Source: Macrostomum lignano (lineage: Eukaryota). From it: a stretch of DNA of 64,000 nucleotides. The translations under genes and the position numbers were made by a program. Within the stretch, counting starts at the first letter, position 1; each line of letters starts with the position of its first letter. Where the stretch lies: the NCBI GenBank assembly GCA_002269645.1, contig NIVC01000129.1:418755-482754 (forward strand), read 5' to 3'. Shown here in pieces: positions 1 through 42,176 of the stretch. The notes beneath the pieces were generated by a model. That model worked only from the letters and a program-made list of their open reading frames with translations. It did not search any database and had not been told where the DNA came from.

Positions 1-42
1 AACTACTTTTAGTACTCTATATCAGAGAATAGCATTAAAAAA

Positions 43-244
43 TCAAGAGTCTCTCTCGTTGGCTTGAATAGTGTCCAATATTTTCTGTATGGTTCGAGTC
101 TGCATAGTCAGCAGGCTCTTAGTGTCCTCGCGATAGCTGGCCACGCTGATGCTGCCCTCGCGGACCTGGCTCAACAGTTGGCGCTGGTTTGAGACAATTC
201 GCTCCATCATCTCCACCATGGTGCCGTGAACGTCGATTAGGGCG
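43..244 (-). CDS. Gene A terminal exon (helical or coiled-coil-like C-terminus)
   Basis: Acceptor catcctccttccag|C (phase 2, matches exon 2). Encodes NALIDVHGTMVEMMERIV...QANERDS then TGA at 43-45. Confidence 0.7.
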
Positions 245-381
245 CTGGAAGGAGGATGAGAGTGAGCGAATGCGTGAATGAGTTGATGAAGTTCATGTGA
301 GTATAAGTTCAATGAGTTCATGAGCTCGTGAATGAACTCTCAGTAAGAGACTAAGAGGTAAATTAATTAACGGACACTCAC

Positions 382-638
382 TTATCCCCCAGCTTTGACA
401 GCTGATTTCTCGAGCTCTGCCCCTGCCTGTGATGCGACTTTCTCGATGGCGCACCGTCGTAGGTGAGGATCTCATCGGTGGGGTTGAAGGAGACGGTCTT
501 AGGCGGACTGCTGCCGTACGGAGTGGCCTTGCACGGGCTGGCGTCGCGCGGATGCTGCGGCGCCGGGTTGGAGTCGGAAATCTTGCGGATCGCGCTGGGC
601 TGCCTGATTTTCGGGGCTGTCCTGGACTGGACGGCATC
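382..638 (-). CDS. Gene A coding exon 2
   Basis: Acceptor ccaccTCCTTGCAG|GAT (phase 0, matches exon 1) and donor AA|GTGAGT (phase 2). Encodes DAVQSRT...KTVSFNPTDEILTY... Confidence 0.7.
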
Positions 639-932
639 CTGCAAGGAGGTGGCGAGAGGATCCCGCTTTTTTCACTGCTAAATTCGTTGACTAGCTAAGA
701 AGTTTTCGTTTATCGAGTTTTCAGTTTATTCATTCAGGCCCCGATTTGCTCAATTGCACTCTATGTACTGACGGGCTTTTGTGTTTATACGTAGGGCATG
801 GTGACGTACTTGTGCGCGCGGTTTTAGCCATTGTTTTTCATTGAGTTCTTTAGCAGTCATAGTCCAGTCTCGGCCCTGCCTAGTTCCGACTAATTGGCTT
901 CGCTAGCTGGTTAAGCTTCCCCTCGCGGCGAC

Positions 933-1440
933 AGCCGATTGGCTGGGCCGGGGCAGTCCCTATTTCTCTCTCCCCCGCCTCGCTGTGACCCTAGCCTTCC
1001 CCTTCGCTCCAGCCTAGGTCTTGCGCCCGGCGGAGCCAGCCGATTGGCAGGGCCGAGGCAGCCCCCATTTCTCTATCCCCCTGCCTCGCTGTGACCCTAG
1101 CCTTCCCCTTCGCTCCAGCCTAGGTCTTGCGCCCGGCGGAGCCAGCCGATTGGCAGGGCCGGGGCAGCCCCCATTTCTCTATCCCCCTGCCTCGCTGTGA
1201 CCCTAGCCTTCCCCTTCGCTCCAGCCTAGGTCTTGTGCCCGGCGGAGCCAGCCGATTGGCAGGGCCGGGGCAGCCCCCATTTCTCTATCCCCCTGCCTCG
1301 CTGTGACCCTAGCCTTCCCCTTCGCTCCAGCCTAGGTCTTGTGCCCGGCGGAGCCAGCCGATTGGCAGGGCCGGGGCAGTCCCCATTTCTCTCTCCCCCG
1401 CCTCGCTGTGACCTTGGCCTTCCCCTTCGCTCCAGCTTAT
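933..1440 (+). repeat. GC-rich 106-bp tandem repeat (~4.8 copies) in gene A intron 1
   Basis: Unit cagccgattggcagggccggggcagcc...cccggcggagc. Identical ORF starts lie 106 bp apart (1233, 1339). Confidence 0.9.
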
Positions 1441-2733
1441 TGGCTCTGCTCTGCACGGCCATGCCGATTAGTTCACCGATTAGCACTAAACTATGAAAAT
1501 GAGAGAGTTTCTAATTTACTTATTACAATAGATAGCCTATTATGCTTGACTTAAAAACGTTTTTATGACTCTTTTTCGCGAAAAATAAAGATTTCAGAAT
1601 ATTCGCCGAAATTCTGAAAAAATATCAGGCTCCTTTCTATCTTGACAGTTTACTTTTCGAGTAAAGAAAGATTTAAAAGGTTTTCTTAGAAACAGATTTT
1701 TTAGTACCTCTACCTCTACCTACGTGTTCAATTTCAAGCAAATGTTTTAAGATCTTTTTATTCCTTGTGCCAGCGAATTTAATTTATCACTGCCCTCGAT
1801 CCCTTCTTAGCTGCCCTCGATCCCTTTCTAGCTGGCCTCCGTTACACCTCAGCTTAGACAGCCCCTGCTGCCAATCAATTAGGAATCTGGCTGAGTCTCA
1901 GTGTCTGTACTCTACTTTTGTGCTCATTAGCTAATTAATTTTCTCACGCTCCAGTGACAGTGTGAGCGCTGGGACTTGTATGCTCGAGAGTGCAGCACTT
2001 ACAAGATTGAAAAACTTTGAGCAATATAGCCTTGCTACGTAGATGGTGTTAAATAACTCGTCCATGATATCCATTAGAATCAGTCATATAAGTCGGCGTA
2101 TTCTGCAAATTTCACTCAGAACGTCTTTCACTTAAACAATATTTTTTGTGCTCCGAGTATGTAGCGTCTCGGGGGCCACCGCGAGTGACACTATACTCGG
2201 AGCTTTAAGACGAGCACACAATAGAACTCTTTAAAAACTTGCTTGAACAACACCCATTAGAGCAGTGGAACAGAGTGAGAAGGCAGTGGTTCTCGGACAA
2301 AACCGCGCGACCCGTGGGGGTTCTGCATGCGAGTCCCAGCTACGGTGCAGTGTGTGCTGCAAGTCACATGACTGCGCAACTGACGATGGAGTGAATATTT
2401 AAAGCCTACCTACGCATCATAAAGTGCACTGAAGTGGCGAATTGCATGCAATGAATACCAATTTTATTTTAATGCCCCAAGTGCGCGCTAAAATATGATT
2501 GTTACCTGAGTTCGAATCAGAGCAATGAAGTCAGGCTGGCGAAGTTCCGAGCAATTAAACAAGAGAGAGCAAACTCAACCTAATGACCCTAAACCCGATT
2601 TTATTGATGCTTTCAGGCACCTTTTTCTCACATTGTACATTTCTCAAGAAGCTCATAAAGCAATAACCGAAATGGAGTGCTCAACAGTCAACAACATTTG
2701 AGCATCACAGCAGCAGCTCTGTATGGGTCAAGT

Positions 2734-3581
2734 GGTCCACGACAGTTGACTGCCACAATTTGACTGCGGACAATTTGACTGCGGCAGTTTGACTGCCAAC
2801 AAAATGACTGTCAAAAAACACTCCAGGCTCTGATCGTTTTTATGCAAGGCTAGCAAGGCTTTTTACATGAGCAAAAATGCAAGCTACATTTGGCTTTCAA
2901 CAATTCGTGCATATATATCTACTAGGAAAATAAGCGTCATGTCAAAAAAGAGAAGCGAAGTCATGTCAAACATAAATTGAGTCAAGTAAAACATAAAAGA
3001 ACCTTTATCAAACATAAAAGCAGCGTAAGGTAACACATAGAAGAAACGTAATCTAAAATATAAAGGAAGCGTCAGTTACAAATGTTGACGTCTTGCGATG
3101 TTAAGGCTTACGGGGGCAATTGCTAAGATATCAAGGCTTGCGGGAATTGCTGAGATATCAAGGCTTGCGGGAATTGCTGAGATATCAAGGCTTGCGGGAA
3201 TTGCTGAGATATCAAGGCTTGCGGGAATTGCTAAGATATCAAGGCTTGCGGGAATTGCTGAGATATCAAGGCTTGCGGGAATTGCTAAGATATCAAGGCT
3301 TGAGGGAATTGCTGAGATGTCAAGACAAATAGGATACACATTAATAATTTTCGTCTCTTGCTTATTGGCCGCCCCGAAGGGGGGCGCAAGATTGCTCCTA
3401 ATGTTCAGATGGATATTTTACATGTACATGCAACTGTGTTCAATGAATGCTGTTTCTGTTTATAGAGTTTTCTTTCTCCCATGTCATCTTAATCTCATAC
3501 TTGAATCCTTTTGATTATTTCAGATTTTGTCGGCAGTCAAATTGCCGCAGTCAAATTGTGGCAGTCAATTGTCGTGCACCC
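2734..3581. mobile_element. Non-autonomous DNA transposon (MITE), Mutator-like by its 9-bp TSD
   Basis: ~50-bp TIRs (ggtccacgacagttgactgccacaatttgactgcgg... / ...ccgcagtcaaattgtggcagtcaattgtcgtgcaccc) flanked by direct repeat gggtcaagt at 2725-2733 and 3582-3590. Confidence 0.85.
3113..3322 (+). repeat. 27-bp tandem repeat inside the MITE
   Basis: Unit gggaattgctgagatatcaaggcttgc, ~8 copies. Related sequence at 59350-59520. Confidence 0.9.
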
Positions 3582-3856
3582 GGGTCAAGTTGATAAATTC
3601 TGTTACTTATGCTCAAACTAAACAACAATGCAAAACAGTTTATCTCACATTTAGATTCCCCACCAGTTTATAATGTACAGTAAAATTTTGAAAAAGGGAA
3701 GATGCTCTTTCTCTGGTAGCCCTGTGTTGAAATGTTTTCGTGGTAACCTTTTGTTCACAATGGCAAACGCATGACTACTGGCATTGATTAGCTGTCGAAA
3801 ACTTGCCTAAAGCAGGTAAACTTCAAGCTCAACTTCGAGCGAGTAGTCTTTCTTAC

Positions 3857-5083
3857 CTGCAGAAACTCGAAGCTGCTGGACCGGTGGTGCCCCAGAGCCG
3901 CGGCGCTTCCCTCGTCGACGGGCGAATCGCGACTGCGGCTCTCCTCCGGCTCGGAGCTCTCCTCCGACGGCAGAGGGCGCGGCCGGCCGCTCGGCGGCTT
4001 CATCTTGCGAGCCGAGGCTACGGCGATGATCGACGCGTCGTCTGCGGCGGAGGCGGTGCCGTCCACGAAGGCGGCTGACGTCAGCGAGGCTGTCGATGTT
4101 GTTGAAGTAGGCGGCGGCGGCGGCGCTGGGGCTTTGCGGACGCGAGCCGGGCGCCTTGGAGGACTGCCGCCGTTTGATGAGTCGGCGCTGTCTTGCGAAC
4201 GGTCCCGCTTTCTCAGGACCAGCGAAGTAAGGTTGTTGAGATCTGACGCGGCCGCTGAGCTGCTGCCGGGGCCCAGATTCTCGCTGCTGCTGGCCTTGCT
4301 GATGAGCTTCTTGTCTGGCAGCACTTTCACCACAACTGACGCTACGGAGGTTGTTGCACCATTTTCTGACTGCGCTGCTGCTGCGGTGGCGGAATTTCCG
4401 TTGCGAAGACTGCCTGGACGGCTGCGAGTGATCTGCTGCTGCTGCTGCTGCTGCTCAGAGCCGCCAGCGACACCGCCGGCCTTTCCGTTGGCAAGCTTAG
4501 ATCGAAACCGCTTGATGAGGTCGTCCTTCAGACTGTGGGTTCGCTTGACCACAATCGGACACTCGGCTACAGCAGAATGTTGCTGCTGCGTTGAGGCGGC
4601 CGAGGCAGCGGCTGCGGCAGCGGCGGCTGTGGCGGACGAGGCGGAGTTGGCAGTCACGATGATCGGACCGGAGCTGGACTTGCCGCTGCCACCGTGATGC
4701 TGTTGCTGCTGATTGTCGGGCGACTCAAAGTTGTCCATATCTTGACGGCTAGAAAACTGCGAGGGTTGCGGTGAGTAGAGCATGGTTCTGATTGACATGC
4801 CACCTGCCGGTTTCTGATGCTGCTGCTGTGGCTGCTGCTTCTGCAGGGGCTGCTGCTGTTGCTGCTGCTGCTGCTGCGACTCGAACTCAACACTCTGACG
4901 CACCAGCGACTCGTTAGACGATCCCGTTGACGTTGTTCTCCGACGGTGCCGCGGCGACTGACCCGAACTGCTGGCCTGCGGCACGGCGGGATAAGCCGGT
5001 TCCGCTCCCGGGCTGAGCTGAGGCGGCATCGGATGGCTGGCCGCGGCGGCTACGCTGCCAGCGCTGCCGGAGTCCCAGGGCAT
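3857..5083 (-). CDS. Gene A coding exon 1: uncharacterised low-complexity (Q/S/A/P-rich) protein, ~560 aa in total
   Basis: GC-rich 409-codon frame from ATG 5083 (MPWDS...) to FEFLQ, ending at donor CAG|GTAAGA (phase 0). No domain recognised. Upstream exons cannot be excluded. Confidence 0.75.
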
Positions 5084-6430
5084 TTTGCGTGTCAAGTGAC
5101 AATAACAAACACTAGCAGCGATTTCCGGAGCAAGAAAATAACGGAGAGAAATTAGTCCAAAAACAGAAGCTGCAAAGAACGGTTAAATATACGAGGTATG
5201 TTAGCCAATCTAGTTTCGAATGGCATGCCATAGTTCGGCTAGGGTAGCGAAAACATACAACCAAACAGCCTCAACTCAGGTGTACTCTGCTCCGAGGCCC
5301 ATTCTGCATGTCGCCCCCCCGGCCCCACCACTCCAGCAGTGGTCCGATGGGGTGTGTCGGTGCAAAACACGCAACACGCGCACGGAGAGGCTTGCGCAGT
5401 TGAACCACTCGAGAGAGCAGGCAGATATTAGGCGGGTATAAGGGGGGCATTTGTGTAAGGGGGCACAAATGGAGGGCGGCAGCAGAGGCAAAACTGCTTT
5501 TACAGACTTGTGCGTGCAGTGCAGGCAAGTGAACAACCCCTCCCCCTAGTGACTCGGTGTGCGACCTCAGGCAGCTGAGTCATATATATTATGGTCAATG
5601 CTAAATTTGCTTAAAACTCGTCCAGCTCTAGCACATGTTGCCATGACAGTTAAAAAGCCAAACTTAGGCATTAGCACACAAGCTACCTACTAAACGGCCT
5701 GTTACCAGATTCTAGTAACGTAGAGTAGTTTAATATAGCAGTGAGGCCTAGAGACCTATTGCTTCACAATCTGAAATCAGGTACTAGCTGGTCTACCTGT
5801 ATCTACAAGAAATGAAAGGGCAGAAAGCAAAAAAGATACAAAACTACAAAAGTGTAGCGCTGTTAAAAACTGTTTCTAAGAAAGCAACTTTTATGCTGAC
5901 ATTCGCTTCTTAATATACTTTGTAGCGACCATTGATATCCACAAACCATGAAGAGAAAGAGATTCCCTATTCAACGAAGCACCTGGGACAGTTCACCCTT
6001 AGCATAACTTCATTTTCCATTTTAGGCATTCGCTAATAGCAAGCCGTTTAAACAAGTTTTATTGCCGACAATACAAGTTGAGCAACTCAACAAAAGTGAG
6101 CAAGCCATCAATGGTCTAATAACCCTCGCGTCCCCACACGCTGGAAGAAAAGTTGTAAAAAAAATCTTAAAGAACGCCACGTCAATGGTCTTATTTAAAG
6201 TGAGCACGCAGCACTGCGAACAGCTCGAACTTAATGAGAAAGTAAAAAGACCTGCATCTATCGAGCACACTTCAAATTTACTGCACAGAAAAATGTGTTC
6301 GACTGTTGAGACACAGTGGAAGAAAGAAATGCTTACAAAGTGCAAGCTGTGAGGTCCGGCAAACATAATAAGCAAGTTACCTGGCTAAAGAAGAATAAAG
6401 ACCATTTCATACATACTAAAATTGGGCTTA

Positions 6431-6905
6431 TGTGATGGAGTGAGGTGGGTGTGATGGAGTGAGGTGGGTGTGACGGAGTGAGGTGGGTGTGACGGAGTGA
6501 AGTGGGTGTGATGGAGTGAGGTGGGTGTGACGGAGTGAGGTGGGTGTGACGGAGTGAAGTGGGTGTGATGGAGTGAGGTGGGTGTGACGGAGTGAGGTGG
6601 GTGTGACGGAGTGAAGTGGGTGTGATGGAGTGAGGTGGGTGTGACGGAGTGAGGTGGGTGTGATGGAGTGAGGTGGGTGTGACGGAGTGAGGTGGGTGTG
6701 ACGGAGTGAAGTGGGTGTGATGGAGTGAGGTGGGTGTGACGGAGTGAGGTGGGTGTGACGGAGTGAAGTGGGTGTGATGGAGTGAGGTGGGTGTGACGGA
6801 GTGAGGTGGGTGTGACGGAGTGAAGTGGGTGTGATGGAGTGAGGTGGGTGTGACGGATTGAGGTGTTTGTGACGGAGTGAAGTGGGTGTGACGGAGTGAG
6901 GTGGG
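6431..6905 (+). repeat. 19-bp minisatellite
   Basis: Unit gtgtgacggagtgaggtgg, ~25 copies. Confidence 0.95.
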
Positions 6906-7619
6906 CTAGCTAGAGTGCATTGACCAAATTGTGGAATGGCTGGGAGTCGTTAATGAAAGTAAAAACAACAAATCAAGAAGCAAAGCACTAAAATATTCTG
7001 GCAATATTCCGTCAGTGTTCAGGAGCAGGTGGTGCAAGCATGAATAATGTTAGCACAGGCGATGCAATGAGGTTGATGATTTATTTGTTAATTCAAACAA
7101 ACAGACAAACAATTCTTCGCAATCCATCTGTCGCACGAATTTAAACGTGTAACAAAAGTTAAATAAAGTCAGAATATTCATGTTTAAGAAATAGATGAGC
7201 AATATTTACTCATAGTACTGCCTGCAAGTTTGGAATACATTAAAACATAATAGCTTCAAAATACAATCAGACAAATTCGCAAAAATTCACAAGTAGCAAT
7301 TCCATGCTAGCAGAGAAATCAATGGCGGTAGTGACACAGAAATGGAAGCAAAATATCTGCAAAAGAACCGATTACAATAAAAGTACGAATGAAGAAGGCC
7401 AAAAAAGTGCACACAGCATTTTTGAGGGTTTTGAAATCAGTAGTGAAGGATTTATTGGCTCTGGGGCTGCTGCGACCTGTTGGAGATCAGAATTCTGCAT
7501 GCGGCTGATGCGGCTAGGGAATGGTAATAAACTGATGAGAGCGAATGCCTAATGCAATACATAGATTATAGAGATTATAGAGACAGATGTAGGGGAGAAG
7601 GAGAGGGTAGATAGGAGAG

Positions 7620-8655
7620 TGAAGAGGGAGAGAGTAGAGTGGAGAAGGAGAGAGTAGAGTGTTGAGGGAGAGAGTAGAGTGTTGAGGGAGAGAGTAGAGT
7701 GTTGAGGGAGAGAGTAGAGTGTTGAGGGAGAGAGTAGAGTGTTGAGGGAGAGAGTAGAGTGTTGAGGGAGAGGGTAGAGTGGAGAGGGAGAGGGTAGAGT
7801 GGAGAGGGAGAGGGTAGAGTGGAGAGGGAGAGGGCAGAGTGGAGAGGGAGAGAGTAGAGTGGAGAGGGAGAGGGTAGAGTGGAGAGGGAGAGGGTAGAGT
7901 GGAGAGGGAGAGGGTAGAGTGGAGAGGGAGAGGGTAGAGTGTTGAGGGAGAGAGTAGAGTGGAGAGGGAGAGGGTAGAGTGTTGAGGGAGAGGGTAGAGT
8001 GGAGAGGGAGAGGCTAGAGTGTTGAGGGAGAGAGTAGAGTGTTGAGGGAGAGGGTAGAGTGGAGAGGGAGAGGGTAGAGTGGAGAGGGAGAGGGTAGAGT
8101 GGAGAGGGAGAGAGTAGAGTGTTGAGGGAGAGAGTAGAGTGGAGAGGGAGAGGGTAGAGTGGAGAGGGAGAGGGTAGAGTGGAGAGGGAGAGGCTAGAGT
8201 GGAGAGGGAGAGGCTAGAGTGGAGAGGGAGAGAGTAGAGTGGAGAGGGAGAGGGTAGAGTGGAGAGGGAGAGGGTAGAGTGGAGAGGGAGAGGCTAGAGT
8301 GGAGAGGGAGAGGGTAGAGTGGAGAGGGAGAGGGTAGAGTGGAGAGGGAGAGGGTAGAGTGTTGAGGGAGAGAGTAGAGTGTTGAGGGAGAGAGTAGAGT
8401 GTTGAGGGAGAGGGTAGAGTGGAGAGGGAGAGGGTAGAGTGGAGAGGGAGAGGGTAGAGTGGAGAGGGAGAGGGTAGAGTGGAGAGGGAGAGGCTAGAGT
8501 GGAGAGGGAGAGGGTAGAGTGGAGAGGGAGAGGGTAGAGTGGAGAGGGAGAGGGTAGAGTGGAGAGGGAGAGGGTAGAGTGGAGAGGGAGAGGGTAGAGT
8601 GGAGAGGGAGAGGCTAGAGTGGAGAGGGAGAGGGTAGAGTGGAGAGGGAGATGAA
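7620..8655 (+). repeat. 20-bp polypurine minisatellite
   Basis: Unit ggagagggagagggtagagt, ~50 copies. Confidence 0.95.
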
Positions 8656-9079
8656 AGATAAGAGGGATGGAGAAGACAAAAGCGTGAGGGTGGCAGAGCA
8701 GCTGGGTGAGCAAGCAGGGAGCTCAGAAGCGACACCAGCGCAGCGGTTACGCCGCCCACAAGACTCAATACTCGTAGAGTGAATTGGCTACAGGTAGAAA
8801 TGCGAGGGCAGGCAGATCGATGGACGATCATTTTTGGCAAATTTACAGAAACTGGTTAGGTAATAAAATCCTCAGTAAAATTGAGCGAACCGGAAGTGGA
8901 ATGGTCACACAGCGTGGTTGGCTTGCAGAATGATGTTAAAAAATCCGCTAAATCGGTTAAATAAGCACACATGTAACAGTAGTAAAATAAGTAAAATATT
9001 TTCTTGCGTTACCGTATTTAATAACAGCGATCGCGAAATGCAATAGACATAACAATACCTGGCTGCGAGAAATCTAAAA

Positions 9080-9545
9080 AGGATCGGGATTCCCCGATTC
9101 GAGAGTTGGTGTTCCCCAATTCAAGGATCGGGATTCCCCAGTTCAAGGATCGGGATTCCCCAGTTCAAGGATCGGGATTCCCCAGTTCAAGGATCGGGAT
9201 TCCCAGTTCAAGGATCGGGATTCCCCAGTTCAAGGATCGGGATTCTCCAATTCAAGAATGGTGATTCCCCTATTCAAGGATGGGGATTCCCCAATTCAAG
9301 GATGGGGATTCCCCAATTCAAGGATGGGGATTCCCCAATTCAAAGATCGGGATTTCCCAAATAAAAAATCGCAACTCTTTAGTTCAAATCGGGATTCCCC
9401 AAATCAATGGTAGGGAATCCCTAATTCAATGGTAGGGATTCCCCAATTCAATGGTAGGGATTCCCCAATTTAATGGTAGGGATTCCCTAATTTAATGGTA
9501 GGGATTCCCCCTTTCGAGGGTTGGGGTTTCCCTATCCCGATTGCC
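9080..9545 (+). repeat. ~22-bp minisatellite with a GGGATTCCCC core
   Basis: Unit ggatcgggattccccagttcaa and variants. Confidence 0.9.
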
Positions 9546-9684
9546 AGCTTGTTTGCCAATGAAACCCTGTCGCAAAAGGCAAGCACTAGAATACAGATCG
9601 CAGGTGAGAATAGTGAGAAAGCAGAGAAACTCCATAAAAGTTGTTCAGTCAATTTGTTCCAAGAAAGCTTCGCAATTATTGAGC

Positions 9685-40233
<30,549 letters not shown>

Positions 40234-40614
40234 CGTGAATTCAATAAAAAATTCCTCACGGCATGACTTGTTTCAGCGGGGGGTTCTCTCAGCACCAGGC
40301 CCTAGCAACAGCGGCCAGTCTGAAACAGCAAGATTCAATGTCGATCCTGGTTCTTAAAATTAATTAATACTGCGGTGTATTTGCTTCGGTTACAGAGATT
40401 TGCGAAGCAGGCTTACTAGAGAGCTTTTTGATGAAGCTGCTAAACAGTTAAATAGAAAAAAATGTGGAGGCTGCAATGCCTTGCAATTAACAGCAGTTCG
40501 ACAAAGTCACAGCTAGATAAGAGAGAGAACAAAATAAGAAAAATAGGCGAAGACAGAGGAGAATAGAAAATTGGAATAATAGCCTATTGAAGCACCTAAA
40601 CCCCAGTTTCCAGG

Positions 40615-40630
40615 TCTTACCTGCAAAGCC
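40615..40630 (-). other. Probable donor site of a non-coding plexin 5' exon
   Basis: Strong donor TTGCAG|GTAAGA about 390 bp upstream of the plexin ATG. Confidence 0.4.
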
Positions 40631-41689
40631 TCAGGCTCAGGGGTAATGTCAGTCAGTGTACACACGCGCACACAAAGACAGGGCTGCACAGAGACAAACA
40701 CTGCTCTCACAACTGAGTGGACCGAATAATGAGTACGCCAAGCCAGCTTAAATCTGATAGCCAGCTAGCGAAGGCCCCCACCGATATCAGGACGAGTGGA
40801 AAATTGCTTAGCCAATGAAACGGCGGCACCAGATCTTAGCTAGCTGAGAGAGAAGAGATCAAGAGACGAGTAACAGACCTTCGGCGTAAACCCCTATTAG
40901 CCAAAACCCGAAATCTCTGATAAGAACAGGCTGCTTCTTTTGCATTACTCAAGACTAACCTAAGTGGAAGCGTGGTGGCAAAGTTGAATCAGCATCTAAG
41001 GCATATATTATTAATTAAATAGTGACGATTCAGCTGGCACCAGAGGGTCCCGAACAACAAATATCAAATAGTTATAGTTCGCTAAACAACTATAAAGGCA
41101 AAAAAGAACAAGTCAGTAACAAGCGTACAAACAAACTTCATTTTCTTGATCCTGAAACTTTAAAACAGTAGCTTAATTGCTTTTTTATTACTTAAAGTCT
41201 TCTCAAAACTCGTTTATTAAAATTGTTAAGATTTGAGAAGCAAGGATTTTGACAGAGTTGTAATCTAACATTGATTTAGACCATCGTCAGGCATATTTAC
41301 AGAAATATTTTTATATTAAATATTTATTTCCTGTCAAGAAATTCCCACACGAGAATTGACAGACTATGCTCACTAAATAACACCGGATAGTTAATAACAA
41401 TTATAACGCCATACTAACCACACTACTAAGAGTAACAATAAGCAGTGGTTTGACTACCCAGAAAATTCGCAATAATTAGTAAAACAATTTCAATTCAAGC
41501 TGTTTGTAGAAATTATACTTAATTGAATATTTTGAACGAGCTTTACTATTGATGGAATAATAAATGCCAGCGAATCCCACAGTCATCATCATTCCTATGA
41601 CCATTCACTTCATTCATAAAATCCTTCAGTCACTTACATGACCACTTACTCATATTAATGATCATCCTGTCACTCATATGGCCGTTCAG

Positions 41690-42155
41690 TCACTCTAATG
41701 ATTATTTAGTCACTCCTATGACCATTCAGACACTCTTATGACCATTCGCATCCGGTCACACTTATGACCATTCAGTCACTCTTATGACTATTCAGTCCCT
41801 CTTGTGACTATTCAGTCCCTCTTGTGACTATTCAGTCCCTCTTGTGACTATTCAGTCACTCTTATGACTATTCAGTCACTCTTATGACTATTCAGTCACT
41901 CTTATGACTATTCAGTCACTCTTATGACTATTCAGTCACTCTTATGACTATTCAGTCAATCTTATGACTATTCTGTCTCTATAATGACTATACATTCACT
42001 TTTATGACCATTCACTCGCTCTTATGATTATTCGGTCATTCTTATGACCATTCAGTCACTCTCATGACCATTCACTCGCTCTTACGAGTATGACCATTCA
42101 GTCACTCTCATGACAATTCAGTCACTCTTATGACTATTAAGTGCTCTTATGACCA
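41690..42155 (+). repeat. 20-bp minisatellite
   Basis: Unit cagtcactcttatgactatt, just 3' of the RRM-ZnF stop codon. Confidence 0.9.
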
Positions 42156-42176
42156 TTCAGTCACCCCACCAATCGC

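Noticed and set aside
2150-2300. Short hairpin (gctccgagtat/atactcggagc) and a hAT-like end cagtggttctc
   Set aside because: Only an 11-bp stem and a single unpaired end; not enough to call an element.
4005-4697. 230-aa plus-strand ORF
   Set aside because: Antisense shadow of gene A exon 1.
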